Counted from the stretch's first letter, positions 1 to 12,262 are shown. The stretch: DNA of 32,000 nt from Candidatus Saccharimonadota bacterium (GCA_965230905.1 OZ246396.1:1080001-1112000), one strand, 5' to 3'. Made by a program: numbers and translations. Notes: generated from the sequence alone by a model not told the origin.

Positions 1-86
1 GGTGGAATGAGGATGAAGGTTAGTGTTGAATGTCTTCCTCATTATCTCAAGTAAATTACTAGTAAAATAGGTTCTAAAAATTCCTA

Positions 87-115
87 TTGACTTCACTCTG
101 TCGGCTTCCTATAAT
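87..115 (+). promoter_or_regulatory. sigma70-type promoter upstream of the 23S-5S rRNA genes
   Basis: TTGACT (87-92), 17-nt spacer, TATAAT (110-115). An AT-rich UP-element-like tract lies at about 45-86. Confidence 0.55.
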
Positions 116-223
116 GCCCCAGCTTAATTAGTTAAGCGCTGTCCTTTTTCCTCCTCATGAACCTGTTCCAAATACCCTAGAGTTTCAAACGACTATTGGT
201 CCTTACGGACTGTTTGAGCTTCT

Positions 224-251
224 AGGGTGTATGGAGACATACACCCTTTTT
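224..251 (+). terminator. terminator-like hairpin inside the rRNA leader (alternatively a boxB/boxA-like antitermination site)
   Basis: AGGGTGTAT (224-232) pairs with ATACACCCT (239-247) across a 6-nt loop, followed by TTTT (248-251). It sits between the promoter and the 23S 5' end. Confidence 0.4.
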
Positions 252-432
252 GTAACCGGGTTTCCCGGTGTACAGAGTCTGTTCCTTGAAATTTCGGGTT
301 TGAATACTGAATAACACAACTGATTCAGTACTCAATAAATGAACAAAATAACTTTGTAGTCAGAAACTTTCCTGCTTCTGAACTACAATAAAATTCTTTT
401 TTATACATAATCGTGGTAGTAAGCGATTTGTA

Positions 433-459
433 TTATTCTTTCTGATTGCCATAAAAAAG
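433..459 (+). other. 5' arm of a long processing stem bracketing the 23S rRNA
   Basis: ttattctttctgattgccataaaaaag is complementary to 3457-3483 at 25 of 27 positions, with one further G-U pair. This is the classic RNase III-type stem geometry. Confidence 0.7.
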
Positions 460-472
460 CACGGAAGATGAC

Positions 473-3444
<2,972 letters not shown>

Positions 3445-3456
3445 GTTTTCTTTCGA

Positions 3457-3483
3457 CTTTTTTATGGCAATCATAGAGAATAA
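3457..3483 (+). other. 3' arm of the 23S processing stem
   Basis: cttttttatggcaatcatagagaataa pairs with 433-459. Confidence 0.7.
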
Positions 3484-3546
3484 CTGCCTAGCATTGGCTA
3501 GGTGGCTCTAAAAAGAATTTTGTTTCATCTTTGAAAAAGCGGTTTT

Positions 3547-3665
<119 letters not shown>

Positions 3666-3709
3666 TAAGCCGCTTTTTTGTTACAAGGAGTTTCAAATCT
3701 CCTGTTTTT
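3666..3709 (+). terminator. candidate rRNA operon terminator region (two T-tracts)
   Basis: A T6 tract (3674-3679) directly follows the 5S-flanking stem. A second small hairpin pairs aggag (3686-3690) with ctcct (3699-3703) and is followed by gttttt. Both are weak by stem length. Confidence 0.35.
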
Positions 3710-3719
3710 GTGGTATTAT
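3692..3719 (+). promoter_or_regulatory. candidate promoter of the pilus operon
   Basis: Extended -10 TGgTATTAT (3711-3719) with a weak -35 TTCAAA (3692-3697) and 16-nt spacer. Confidence 0.3.
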
Positions 3720-3772
3720 TATCAGATTGCACGTACGTCAGTGCGTAAGGAAAAAAGTAAAAACAAAAATAA

Positions 3773-5470
3773 ATGGCCATTCAGGATGATCTTCTGCGGA
3801 GCAAACTGCTTGAAAAGGGGCTTGTTGATGCCAAAACCTTGGACAGCCTTCAATCTTCTTTGAAGAATCAAGGAGGTACTTTGGAGGCTCTGCTTTTTGA
3901 CCGAGGAACCCTCCCTGATGAGAAATTGGGGACCCTGATTGCAGAATTGTATGAAGTTCCCTACATTTCTTTGAAGGATCGACCGGTGAATGATGAATTG
4001 CTGGCGCTGGTTCCTTACTCTGTGGCTTCGCACCAATTTGTGCTGCCTTTTGAAAAACGAGAAGGAGAGCTCTTGGTGGCGTTCAATAATCCACATAATT
4101 ACGAACTGATCAACTTTTTGGAGAACAAAAGTGATTTAAAGATTGTTCCGTACTACGCGACTAAGAAGGATTTGCAGGCTTCGCTCAAGGTGTATAACCG
4201 AAATGTGAATGAAAAGCTGGATTCCTTACTTCAAGGGGCGCTTACCGACACCAAAAAATTGGAATCCTTGAAGGACGCTTCTCAAATTGTGGACACCGTG
4301 ATTTTGCTGGCTTACCAGAGTGAAGCTTCTGATATTCACTTGGAAAACCATCGGAATCTCTTTGTGGTGCGCTACCGCATCGACGGTATTTTGCACACCA
4401 TTGCTGAATTGCCGATTGCCATCGCAGACCTGATTATTAGCCGCATCAAAGTGCTTTCTAAGCTCAGAATTGATGAACATCGTGCTGCTCAGGACGGACG
4501 TTTTAAAATTGTGCTGGAAGGGAATGAGATCACGCTGCGTGTTTCCATTCTGCCCACCTACGACGGAGAAAAGGGGGTGCTTCGTTTGCTCAGCTCCACT
4601 CGTCAGGAACTGGATTTGGAGAACTTTGGGTATTCGCCCAAGAATTTGGAAATCATTAAAAATAATATTAAAAAGACAAATGGAATTGTGCTCATGACCG
4701 GACCCACGGGATCTGGTAAAACCACCACGCTGTATTCACTGCTTAAGATTTTGAACACGCCGGAAGTGAACATCTCCACCATTGAAGACCCAATAGAATA
4801 CCGGCTCGACCGAGTCAATCAAACTCAGGTGAACCCTAAGACCAATTTGACCTTTGGAGCGGGACTTCGTTCTCTGCTCCGTCAGGATCCGGATATTGTG
4901 ATGGTGGGGGAAATTCGTGATGAAGAAACGGCTAGCACGGCTATTAACGCGGCGCTCACCGGGCATTTGGTGCTGGCGACGCTGCACACCAATGACGCGG
5001 CTTCTACCTTGCCTCGTTTGCTGGAGATGAATGTGGAGAGCTTTTTGGTATCGGCTACGGCCAAAATGGTTATTGCTCAACGGCTCGTGCGTAAAATTTG
5101 TGAGAAATGTAAAGAATCCTACACCGTCAGTGAAGAACAGCTCAAAGAAGTGGAAAAAAAGTCCAATGTTAAAGAAAACTTGCATGAGATTTTTTCTACC
5201 ATTCAAGCTCCCAAGGATGGCATGTTCACGCTGTACCGAGGGAAGGGCTGTGATGCGTGTAGTGCCGGGTTCAAAGGACGTACCTCGGTGTGTGAGGTGA
5301 TGGAAATCTCCGACGAAATCCGAAAAAAGATTTTAAACAACGACTCTCCTGCTTTGATTCAAGAAGTGGCCATCAAGGAGGGAATGACCCCCTTGTTCAT
5401 TGATGGAATGATCAAAGTGCTTCAAGGAGTGACAACCATTGAAGAGGTGCTTCGTGTAATGCGCTCTTAA
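3773..5470 (+). CDS. pilB: type IV pilus assembly ATPase PilB (GspE family), 565 aa
   Basis: N-terminal GspE_N-like domain; Walker A GPTGSGKTT; Asp box and Walker B (DPDIVMVGEIRD); His box (TGHLVLATLHTN); tetracysteine CxxC...CxxC (CEKC...CDAC). Confidence 0.92.
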   Translation: MAIQDDLLRSKLLEKGLVDAKTLDSLQSSLKNQGGTLEALLFDRGTLPDEKLGTLIAELYEVPYISLKDRPVNDELLALVPYSVASHQFVLPFEKREGELLVAFNNPHNYELINFLENKSDLKIVPYYATKKDLQASLKVYNRNVNEKLDSLLQGALTDTKKLESLKDASQIVDTVILLAYQSEASDIHLENHRNLFVVRYRIDGILHTIAELPIAIADLIISRIKVLSKLRIDEHRAAQDGRFKIVLEGNEITLRVSILPTYDGEKGVLRLLSSTRQELDLENFGYSPKNLEIIKNNIKKTNGIVLMTGPTGSGKTTTLYSLLKILNTPEVNISTIEDPIEYRLDRVNQTQVNPKTNLTFGAGLRSLLRQDPDIVMVGEIRDEETASTAINAALTGHLVLATLHTNDAASTLPRLLEMNVESFLVSATAKMVIAQRLVRKICEKCKESYTVSEEQLKEVEKKSNVKENLHEIFSTIQAPKDGMFTLYRGKGCDACSAGFKGRTSVCEVMEISDEIRKKILNNDSPALIQEVAIKEGMTPLFIDGMIKVLQGVTTIEEVLRVMRS

Positions 5471-5476
5471 CATTTT

Positions 5477-6688
5477 ATGGCAAAACGTTTTAAATACAAA
5501 TTGGGAGATAAGGTTGGTGTCGAGGCCAAGGGCATCCTTGAGGCTGAAAGTGAAACCGACGCCATTAAAAAGCTGACGGCTTTGGGGCATTCGGTGATCT
5601 CCATACGTGAAATCAGTTCAGGTGGTCTCTCCTTTTGGGAAAAGCCCAGCCTGAGTTTTGAAGATAAGCTGCTGTTCACTAAGCATTTGGCAACCATGCT
5701 CCGCGCAGGGATCACCATTACCGAATCTCTGCAGATTTTGGCGTCCCAGACCACGCAAACCCGAAACCGAGAAATGTACGAGAGCATTGTGCGCAGCGTT
5801 AAGGCGGGGCAGTCCCTCTCGGAAAGTCTAAAAGTTTATGACACTGTTTTTTCAGATTTGTTCATCAATATGATCGCTACGGGGGAAAAGAGCGGAACCT
5901 TGGACCAGATTTTGGATTATTTGGATGAACAGCTCGACAAAGAATACGAGCTCCGCAAAAAAGTGATTTCTGCCTTCATTTATCCGGCGGTGATTTTAAG
6001 CATCACGATGATGCTGAGCCTCGGGATTGTGTTTTTTATCATGCCGAAGATCACCAAGATCTTTAGTTCTTTTGAAATCACGCTGCCTTTACCCACTCGT
6101 CTCTTGATTGGATTCAGCAGTTTGATGACGGATAAGCCTTTGATCACGTTTGGAGCCGCTGCTCTGATGTTGGCTGGCGCGGTGTTTTTGCTTAAATGGA
6201 AGAGGCTTAAGCCGTTCTGGGATTGGGTGAGCTTGCATTTGCCGGTGTTTGGACGGGTGCTGCACTACGCCAACTTGGCGCGTTTTGCCCGAACCCTCAC
6301 GTCACTCTTGCAGGCGGGTATGCCCATCACCAAGGCGCTTAATGTGATTTCGACCATGATGACCAATACCCTCTACAAGAATGCGGTTAAGAATTCGGCC
6401 GCTAAAGTGGAACAAGGAGGTCAGCTGGGAGAAGCTTTTGAAGGTCAGGAGAAATTGTTTCCTATCCTGGTGGTGAAGATGCTCTATGTGGGAGAAAAGA
6501 CCGGAAGTTTGGAAACCACCATGAAACAATTGGCCCTGCTCTATGAACGCAATGTGGATGGGTTGACCCGAAACCTCACTGTGCTTTTGGAACCGCTCTT
6601 GCTTGTGTTCATGGGAATGATGGTGGGAGGCGTGGCGATTTCCATTATTTTGCCGATTTACCAGTTGCCTAACCTCATCTCACAATGA
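5477..6688 (+). CDS. pilC: type IV pilus platform protein PilC (GspF family), 403 aa
   Basis: Duplicated GspF-type domains (LATMLRAGITITESL and LTSLLQAGMPITKAL) with three hydrophobic transmembrane segments. It lies 6 nt after pilB. Confidence 0.9.
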   Translation: MAKRFKYKLGDKVGVEAKGILEAESETDAIKKLTALGHSVISIREISSGGLSFWEKPSLSFEDKLLFTKHLATMLRAGITITESLQILASQTTQTRNREMYESIVRSVKAGQSLSESLKVYDTVFSDLFINMIATGEKSGTLDQILDYLDEQLDKEYELRKKVISAFIYPAVILSITMMLSLGIVFFIMPKITKIFSSFEITLPLPTRLLIGFSSLMTDKPLITFGAAALMLAGAVFLLKWKRLKPFWDWVSLHLPVFGRVLHYANLARFARTLTSLLQAGMPITKALNVISTMMTNTLYKNAVKNSAAKVEQGGQLGEAFEGQEKLFPILVVKMLYVGEKTGSLETTMKQLALLYERNVDGLTRNLTVLLEPLLLVFMGMMVGGVAISIILPIYQLPNLISQ

Positions 6689-7137
6689 AGCAAAAAGCCT
6701 TCACCTTGCTGGAGCTGCTGCTCGTGTTTGCCTTAGTGGGGATTTTGTTTGGGATGACTCTGCTTTATGCGCAGGTTTCGCAAGTGCGAGCGGATTTGAA
6801 CAGTCAGGTGGATACTTTTGTAGCCTATGCCCGTTTAGCCCAAAGTGAATCAGCGAGTGGAAAGGGCAATCAGGGGCACGGCATTCATTTGGCTGCCGAC
6901 AGCTATGTGCTCTTTGAAGGAAGTGTGTACAACGCTGCTGCGACGAGCAACACCGAGGTGGAATTGCCTCCTACGGTTGAAATTCAAAACATTGTTCTAA
7001 ATGGAGGAGGTTCTGATATTGTTTTTACAACGCCTTATGGAGCAACGACCCAGTATGGAAGCTTTGATTTTGTTTCCGAACAACTGGGAAAATCTATTAC
7101 GCTAACCCTCAACGCCCGTGGGACGCTCTCGTATTAA
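6685..7137 (+). CDS. minor pilin, GspH/FimT-like, 150 aa
   Basis: Prepilin N-terminus MKQKA|FTLLELLLVFALVGILFG. ATGA overlap with the pilC stop. The C-terminal pattern resembles the GspH/FimT beta domain. Confidence 0.75.
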   Translation: MKQKAFTLLELLLVFALVGILFGMTLLYAQVSQVRADLNSQVDTFVAYARLAQSESASGKGNQGHGIHLAADSYVLFEGSVYNAAATSNTEVELPPTVEIQNIVLNGGGSDIVFTTPYGATTQYGSFDFVSEQLGKSITLTLNARGTLSY

Positions 7138-8983
7138 ATTCGCAAAGAAAGCCTTCTCCTTGATTGAAATCATGCTGGCGATTTGTATATTCACCTTGTT
7201 TTCGGTTTCAGTGGTTTATCTTTCTTTGGACACCGCGTCTCGTGCCACTCAAGTGGAGGTGAAAAACGAAGGCCTTTTGTATGCCGAAGAGGGAATGGAA
7301 GCCGTGCGCAATATCCGCGACCGAGATTATTTTGACTTGGTGACGGGAGAATATGGACTGAGTCTCAGCAGCGACACTTGGGCTTTTGTCACGGCTCCTG
7401 AAGTGATAGATGGATATTATGAACGAACCGTGAGCATAGATGACGTTTACCGAGATGGAAGTGGGAATATTGCGGATGTAGGTGTGCTGGATATTGAAAC
7501 TAAAAAAGTGACCGTGACGGTAACGTGGGATTGGAAAGAATTTGCACCTAAACAGGCGAGCGTGAGCAGTTATTTCACCAATTGGACCGGCGATGAATGG
7601 ATGCAAACGACCTGCACGGAGATTTCTGCAGGGACTTTTGGCTCTACGGAGGCTCAAGCCACCGCGAGCCCGCCCGCTACGAATTGTGCGGTTGAACTCA
7701 TCTACACCGAAGGACAAAGTGACTTTTTCTGTTCCATAGGGGCGGGTTCACATGGAACGGACGTGATTATATCGGGGAATTATGTTTACTTCACAACGGG
7801 AAACACCAATGACGGGCTCATGATTGCTGAGCTTTCTTCTCTTGGAGACTGTGAGGAGGAAGGCGATTTCGATGTGGAGGAACTGGATGTTGGTGGGAAG
7901 GGAAGGTATTTGGCCAAGTACGGAAACTACCTCTACATTGGTGTGCAGCATTCCAGTAGGGGGCTCGCGGTGGTGGATGTCACTGACCCGGAAAACCCAA
8001 GCCTGGTTAGGCAGATCAACGTGGGGGGCTACGGAAATCAACCTTTTGTAAGTGGCTCGACACTGCTCATGGGAGTTGAAAAAAGTAGCGGTAGCTTGGT
8101 GGCCTACAACCTTGCTACGCCCTCGAACCCCAGCCTTTTAGGTTCCTACAATTCGGGTTCAGCCACGCGTGCGGTGGAAGTGACTGGTTCGTATGCGCTC
8201 ATTGGCATAGACAATTCCGCGTCTTCGCTCCGAGTGATCAACATCAGCGACCCCGCTGCCATGACTCAGAGCGCCTCCCTCAATGTGTCTGCAAAAATAA
8301 ATGCCCTGGACTACTACTCTTCTGTTTTATACGCGGGTACGGATAGCTCGAGCAGTTCTTTGAAGGTGATTAATTTAAGCAATCCACTGAGTCCGGTTTT
8401 GAGCACATCTGTGAACGTGGGCAGCAATATTTTGGATCTTAAAGTGGAGAGCGCTTATTTATATGCCCCCATGGATACGACCAACAATGCTTTGGCCGTA
8501 CTGAATGTGAGCAGTCCGCTGAGCCCCGTGGTGACGTATTATGCAGATATTGGCGGAAAAGGAACGGGCGTGGATAGCGACGTGGACAATGTGTTTTTAA
8601 GTACCGACACTAGTAATGAAGGTTTGGTTATACGCGAAACCGTGAATGTGGCTTTAGCTAGCCCTGGAACCTACACCTCTGGGGTGCTGGATACCGGCAG
8701 CGCGGACACGCGATTCAACTTTATTGAATGGACGGCCACGGTTCCGCTCACCGGTTCGGTGTCCTTTAAAATCCGCACCGCGAACTCGGTGGCAAATCTT
8801 AACACCGCCACCTGGGTCGGCAGTGCCGGAACGGCAGGGTCGTCTTATACGGCGTCGCCCACGAACATTGTCTTGGATCCGCTTCGCACCGGGACTCGCT
8901 ACGCTCAGATTCAAATGACGCTCACCTCCGACGGGGTTTCGACTCCCAGCGTTGAAAGTTTTTCACTTAACTTCAATCCATGA
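7118..8983 (+). CDS. large minor pilin with seven LVIVD-type beta-propeller repeats and a C-terminal beta-rich domain, 621 aa (GTG start)
   Basis: Prepilin motif KKA|FSLIEIMLAICIF, then a pilin-like module ending KKVTVTVTW. The motif [GSA]L.V.[DN][VIL][ST].P..P occurs at aa 282, 326, 370, 414 and 458 (exact 44-aa spacing), with degenerate copies at aa 233 and 502. Confidence 0.8.
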   Translation: MGRSRIKFAKKAFSLIEIMLAICIFTLFSVSVVYLSLDTASRATQVEVKNEGLLYAEEGMEAVRNIRDRDYFDLVTGEYGLSLSSDTWAFVTAPEVIDGYYERTVSIDDVYRDGSGNIADVGVLDIETKKVTVTVTWDWKEFAPKQASVSSYFTNWTGDEWMQTTCTEISAGTFGSTEAQATASPPATNCAVELIYTEGQSDFFCSIGAGSHGTDVIISGNYVYFTTGNTNDGLMIAELSSLGDCEEEGDFDVEELDVGGKGRYLAKYGNYLYIGVQHSSRGLAVVDVTDPENPSLVRQINVGGYGNQPFVSGSTLLMGVEKSSGSLVAYNLATPSNPSLLGSYNSGSATRAVEVTGSYALIGIDNSASSLRVINISDPAAMTQSASLNVSAKINALDYYSSVLYAGTDSSSSSLKVINLSNPLSPVLSTSVNVGSNILDLKVESAYLYAPMDTTNNALAVLNVSSPLSPVVTYYADIGGKGTGVDSDVDNVFLSTDTSNEGLVIRETVNVALASPGTYTSGVLDTGSADTRFNFIEWTATVPLTGSVSFKIRTANSVANLNTATWVGSAGTAGSSYTASPTNIVLDPLRTGTRYAQIQMTLTSDGVSTPSVESFSLNFNP

Positions 8984-9483
8984 AAAACGTGAAAGCCACC
9001 ACGCTCGTTGAAATCATGGTTTACTTTGCTATTTTCGGAATTTTTATGGCCGCGGCCATGTCCTTTGCTCTGCAGATCGGAACGATTTCAGACATTTCTT
9101 CACGGCTTTATGAAGTTCAAACCCAGACCAGCTTCCTTGAAGAAAAAATGAAAACCACGATCCAGTCGGCGGATAGCGTCAATGTGGCGGGGAGTACTTT
9201 TGATTCGGATGCCGGTGTGCTTTCTTTGGTGATGACGGACGCCGGTGTTTCACCCACCGTATTTTCACTTTTAAATGGTGATATTCTTATGAAAGAAGGT
9301 GCCGCGGACGCCAGTGCGCTGCATTCCAGCACTATAGAAGTGACTTCTTTACGTTTTCACCGCATCAGCTACGCTCAAACACCTGACCAAATTCAAGTGG
9401 ACGCCGTGATTGCCACGCCTTCCGACCTCGCCAATAGCGATAAAACTTTCTCTTTGCACTTCACCGTTTCTTTACGCCAATGA
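8980..9483 (+). CDS. minor pilin, 167 aa
   Basis: Prepilin-like N-terminus MKNVKA|TTLVEIMVYFAIFGIF with Glu5. ATGA overlap with the upstream stop. Confidence 0.7.
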   Translation: MKNVKATTLVEIMVYFAIFGIFMAAAMSFALQIGTISDISSRLYEVQTQTSFLEEKMKTTIQSADSVNVAGSTFDSDAGVLSLVMTDAGVSPTVFSLLNGDILMKEGAADASALHSSTIEVTSLRFHRISYAQTPDQIQVDAVIATPSDLANSDKTFSLHFTVSLRQ

Positions 9484-9869
9484 AACCTCACAAAGCTTCC
9501 ATCGCCCTCATTTCTCTCCTCGTGATTTCCGCAGTCAGCCTGATTCTGGTGGTGGCGGCTTCGGTGAACGGGCTTTCCAATTATGAGCAATCTTTTAATT
9601 TTGAGGCAGGAAAATCGGGCTATTATGGGGCGGAAGCGTGTTTGGAAGAAGCTCTGCTGCGTATGGAAGGGGATTCCGCTTTTGCCGGGACCTCCATTAC
9701 GCTAGATGCCGAGAGCGATTGCACGGTTGTGCTGAGTGGAACGAGTCCGAAAACGATCACGGTTACGGTTAACTTTCTAGATTACACTCAAACTTTTCAA
9801 GCCACCGCACAGGTAACACAAAGTGGCCAAATCATCAACACCGAACTTTTAACATGGAAAGAAATTTAG
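9480..9869 (+). CDS. pilin-like protein lacking Glu5 (GspK/PilX/ComGG-like position), 129 aa
   Basis: N-terminus MKPHKA|SIALISLLVISAVSLILVVAA is hydrophobic but has no Glu at +5. ATGA overlap with the upstream gene. Confidence 0.6.
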   Translation: MKPHKASIALISLLVISAVSLILVVAASVNGLSNYEQSFNFEAGKSGYYGAEACLEEALLRMEGDSAFAGTSITLDAESDCTVVLSGTSPKTITVTVNFLDYTQTFQATAQVTQSGQIINTELLTWKEI

Positions 9870-9893
9870 TGTAGACTCCTTTCACCACGCTGC

Positions 9894-11525
9894 ATGTACC
9901 CTTTCTCTAAGACACTGTTGGGCATTGATATCCACGACCACCTGGTTCAGTTTGTGGAATTGAAGCAGCAAGGAAAAAAAGTGGAACTTTTGGCTTACAA
10001 CCGAATGACCATTCCCGAAGGCCTCATTCAAGATGGCCAGGTTAAGAAAGAGCCCGAACTCAAAGAACTTTTGCAAAAATTACTGCTCGAAGCCAATCCT
10101 CGTCCCGCGAAAGTTAAGGAAGTGGCTTTGATTTTGCCAACCCAAGTCACCTTCATTCATATTTTCCCTTTTCCTAGCAAGCTCTCAGAAAAGGATTTGA
10201 GAAAATTTATTCCCGTGGAGTTGGAGAATATTTTGCCTTACTCCATTGAAGAAGTGTATTGGGACTTCAAGGTTCTGGACAAAGACAAGCAAGGGAGTCA
10301 GCATGTGCTTTTTGCTGCCACGCCCAAGGTGAATTCAGATCAGTATTTAAAGATTTTTGCTGAGCTGGGTTTGACGCCTCGCTTGTTTGGAATCCAGGCA
10401 GAAGCGCTTCAAAACGCTTTGTCTTATAAACTCTTTCCGCAAAAAAATGTTCTGGTGGTGGAGTTGGGTGCTTTGGCCACTAACTATTTGTTTTTAAAAG
10501 GGACCGTGATACAAAAATTTGTGAGCATCAATGGGGGAATTGAAGCCCTTATTCAAGATTTGAGCCGCGAGTTTGGACTTCCTTCCGAGGAGTTGTGGGC
10601 GAATTGGGAAACTCACAAAAATGAACAACGTTTTCAGGAACCTTTACGCTTGTTTATAGATAAGGAGTACAAAAAAGCGAACACGGTTTTGGAAGAAACC
10701 TTGGGTCAGGAGGTAAAAAACTTGGAAGCACTTTTCTTAACAGGAGAGTTTTCCAACTTGCCCAGCTTTTATGACCATGCCCGGACTTTCTTTGCGGACA
10801 AAAACGTACTGATTGGAGATCCTAAGTCCAATCTTATTATTCAGGACAGCCGCTTTTCTTCCAATGTAGAAAGGGCAGGCGGAACCGTGCCCTATTCCAT
10901 TTACTTCACTGATGCTGTGGGCGTTACGCTCCGGGCTTTGAGAGGAGTTGGCCACGCGGTCAACTTGATTCCAGATGCGTTAAAATCCCGTTTTTCTGAA
11001 AAACGTTTATCGCTTATTTTAGGAGCTAGTTCGATTTTGATGACCTTTGTTTCGGCTATTATTACGGGCAGCATTTTTTATCAAAACCGAGTCCTCAGCT
11101 ATGAGCGTTTGCATTATGAAATTGAACAGTCTGGGATTGAGAAAACTTTGTACGGAACCCGATACCAGACTATAAAAGAAGAACTCACGCGTTTTAATGA
11201 TGAGGTCTCTGTGCTCACTAAAATTGATCAAACTCTCATTTCTATCCCTCTGGTGTTGGAGCAGGTGTTTGCCTTGATTCCTCCTCAAATTGAAGTTATT
11301 TCCTTGGATTATTTGGACGCCGACCTATCTCTTCAGATCACCGGTGTTGCCGGGAGTCGTGAACAACTTCTCCAACTGCAGGAAAATCTAGAGAACGACC
11401 CCTTGATCAAAGAATTTAATATTCCTTTGTCCTCCTATGACCAAAAGGAGGCCACTTCCTTTACGTTCAGTATCTTTTTGAATTTCCCTCAATTGCCTTC
11501 CTATGCCGCAAGCCGAACCAAGTAA
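9894..11525 (+). CDS. pilM: PilM-PilN fusion protein, 543 aa
   Basis: N-terminal actin-like PilM signature (LLGIDIHDHLVQFVELK...) extends for about 350 aa. A single TM helix follows (LSLILGASSILMTFVSAIITGSIFY, about aa 373-397), then a PilN-like extracytoplasmic domain. Confidence 0.75.
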   Translation: MYPFSKTLLGIDIHDHLVQFVELKQQGKKVELLAYNRMTIPEGLIQDGQVKKEPELKELLQKLLLEANPRPAKVKEVALILPTQVTFIHIFPFPSKLSEKDLRKFIPVELENILPYSIEEVYWDFKVLDKDKQGSQHVLFAATPKVNSDQYLKIFAELGLTPRLFGIQAEALQNALSYKLFPQKNVLVVELGALATNYLFLKGTVIQKFVSINGGIEALIQDLSREFGLPSEELWANWETHKNEQRFQEPLRLFIDKEYKKANTVLEETLGQEVKNLEALFLTGEFSNLPSFYDHARTFFADKNVLIGDPKSNLIIQDSRFSSNVERAGGTVPYSIYFTDAVGVTLRALRGVGHAVNLIPDALKSRFSEKRLSLILGASSILMTFVSAIITGSIFYQNRVLSYERLHYEIEQSGIEKTLYGTRYQTIKEELTRFNDEVSVLTKIDQTLISIPLVLEQVFALIPPQIEVISLDYLDADLSLQITGVAGSREQLLQLQENLENDPLIKEFNIPLSSYDQKEATSFTFSIFLNFPQLPSYAASRTK

Positions 11526-12051
11526 TAAGCTTCAAAAAATCTTCAATGTTTGTCTCGTTTTGATGATCTTCTTTTTCTGTGCAAACCTTATTTTGGGAGG
11601 CTCCTTGAAAACTCTGCACCGAGATATAGCCGTGTTAACTGAATTTTTGTCTAATGCAGAGCGGGTGAAGCCCAATTTTGAAGAAAGTTTGAATCTTTAT
11701 ACCCAAGGAACCCAAGAGTCCATTGCCTATGTGGATACATTGCGGCCCGATACGGAGACAGAATACATTCAATTCATTTCCAGCGTGGAAGCCATTGGCC
11801 AAAATTTGTCTTTGCACTTGGAGTTGGAGTCTTTGGATGCCGACGAAGATAAAAAAGAGGAGGCTTTAAACTATCGTATACGATTCTTTGGAGGGCAGCT
11901 CGATCTGATCCGTTTTTTGGAGGAACTGGAGGCTTTGCCTTATTACATTCGCGTGAACAGTGTTCAGTATGAAGACCTGGAAGAGCTTTCCCGTACCAAC
12001 GAAGACACGCCGACCAATATTGTCCTAACCATCCAGCTCTATGTTAAATAA
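11503..12051 (+). CDS. PilO-like bitopic membrane protein, 182 aa (function inferred from position and topology)
   Basis: N-terminal TM (IFNVCLVLMIFFFCANLILGG) followed by a soluble domain. It overlaps pilMN by 23 nt. Confidence 0.55.
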   Translation: MPQAEPSNKLQKIFNVCLVLMIFFFCANLILGGSLKTLHRDIAVLTEFLSNAERVKPNFEESLNLYTQGTQESIAYVDTLRPDTETEYIQFISSVEAIGQNLSLHLELESLDADEDKKEEALNYRIRFFGGQLDLIRFLEELEALPYYIRVNSVQYEDLEELSRTNEDTPTNIVLTIQLYVK

Positions 12052-12226
12052 ACTTTTCATACCGTTCTACGTGATGGCGGGATTGTTCATCATTATGAGC
12101 GCCTACCTTGTGACGGTTTACACGTATCATCCCAACGGAGACGTGGAGGAAGAGGCTTCGGTGGAGATCAATTTGCCGGTTATTCAGCTGGATTCTTATT
12201 TGAATTTGTCAAAGAGTCTTGATTGA
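12041..12226 (+). CDS. small single-pass membrane protein, 61 aa
   Basis: One hydrophobic helix (FIPFYVMAGLFIIMSAYLVTVY) and an acidic tail. The start overlaps the upstream gene by 11 nt within the operon. Confidence 0.45.
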   Translation: MLNKLFIPFYVMAGLFIIMSAYLVTVYTYHPNGDVEEEASVEINLPVIQLDSYLNLSKSLD

Positions 12227-12234
12227 GGTACATT
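12206..12234 (+). promoter_or_regulatory. candidate internal promoter for the major pilin gene
   Basis: TTGTCA (12206-12211), 17-nt spacer, TACATT (12229-12234), about 29 nt upstream of the ATG. Confidence 0.3.
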
Positions 12235-12262
12235 TGTCGACGAATATTCATAACCACGCCCC

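Noticed and set aside
1-472. 16S-23S internal transcribed spacer with tRNA-Ile/tRNA-Ala genes
   Set aside because: There is no 16S 3' end (no GGATCACCTCCTT-like sequence) and no cloverleaf-forming segment. A consensus promoter sits at 87-115 instead.
6685-9483. Alternative genetic code with TGA reassigned, as in some candidate phyla
   Set aside because: TGA closes pilC and two pilin genes exactly at ATGA start/stop overlaps. The conserved proteins (PilB, LepA, GlyA) read through at full length without in-frame TGA. The standard bacterial code therefore fits.
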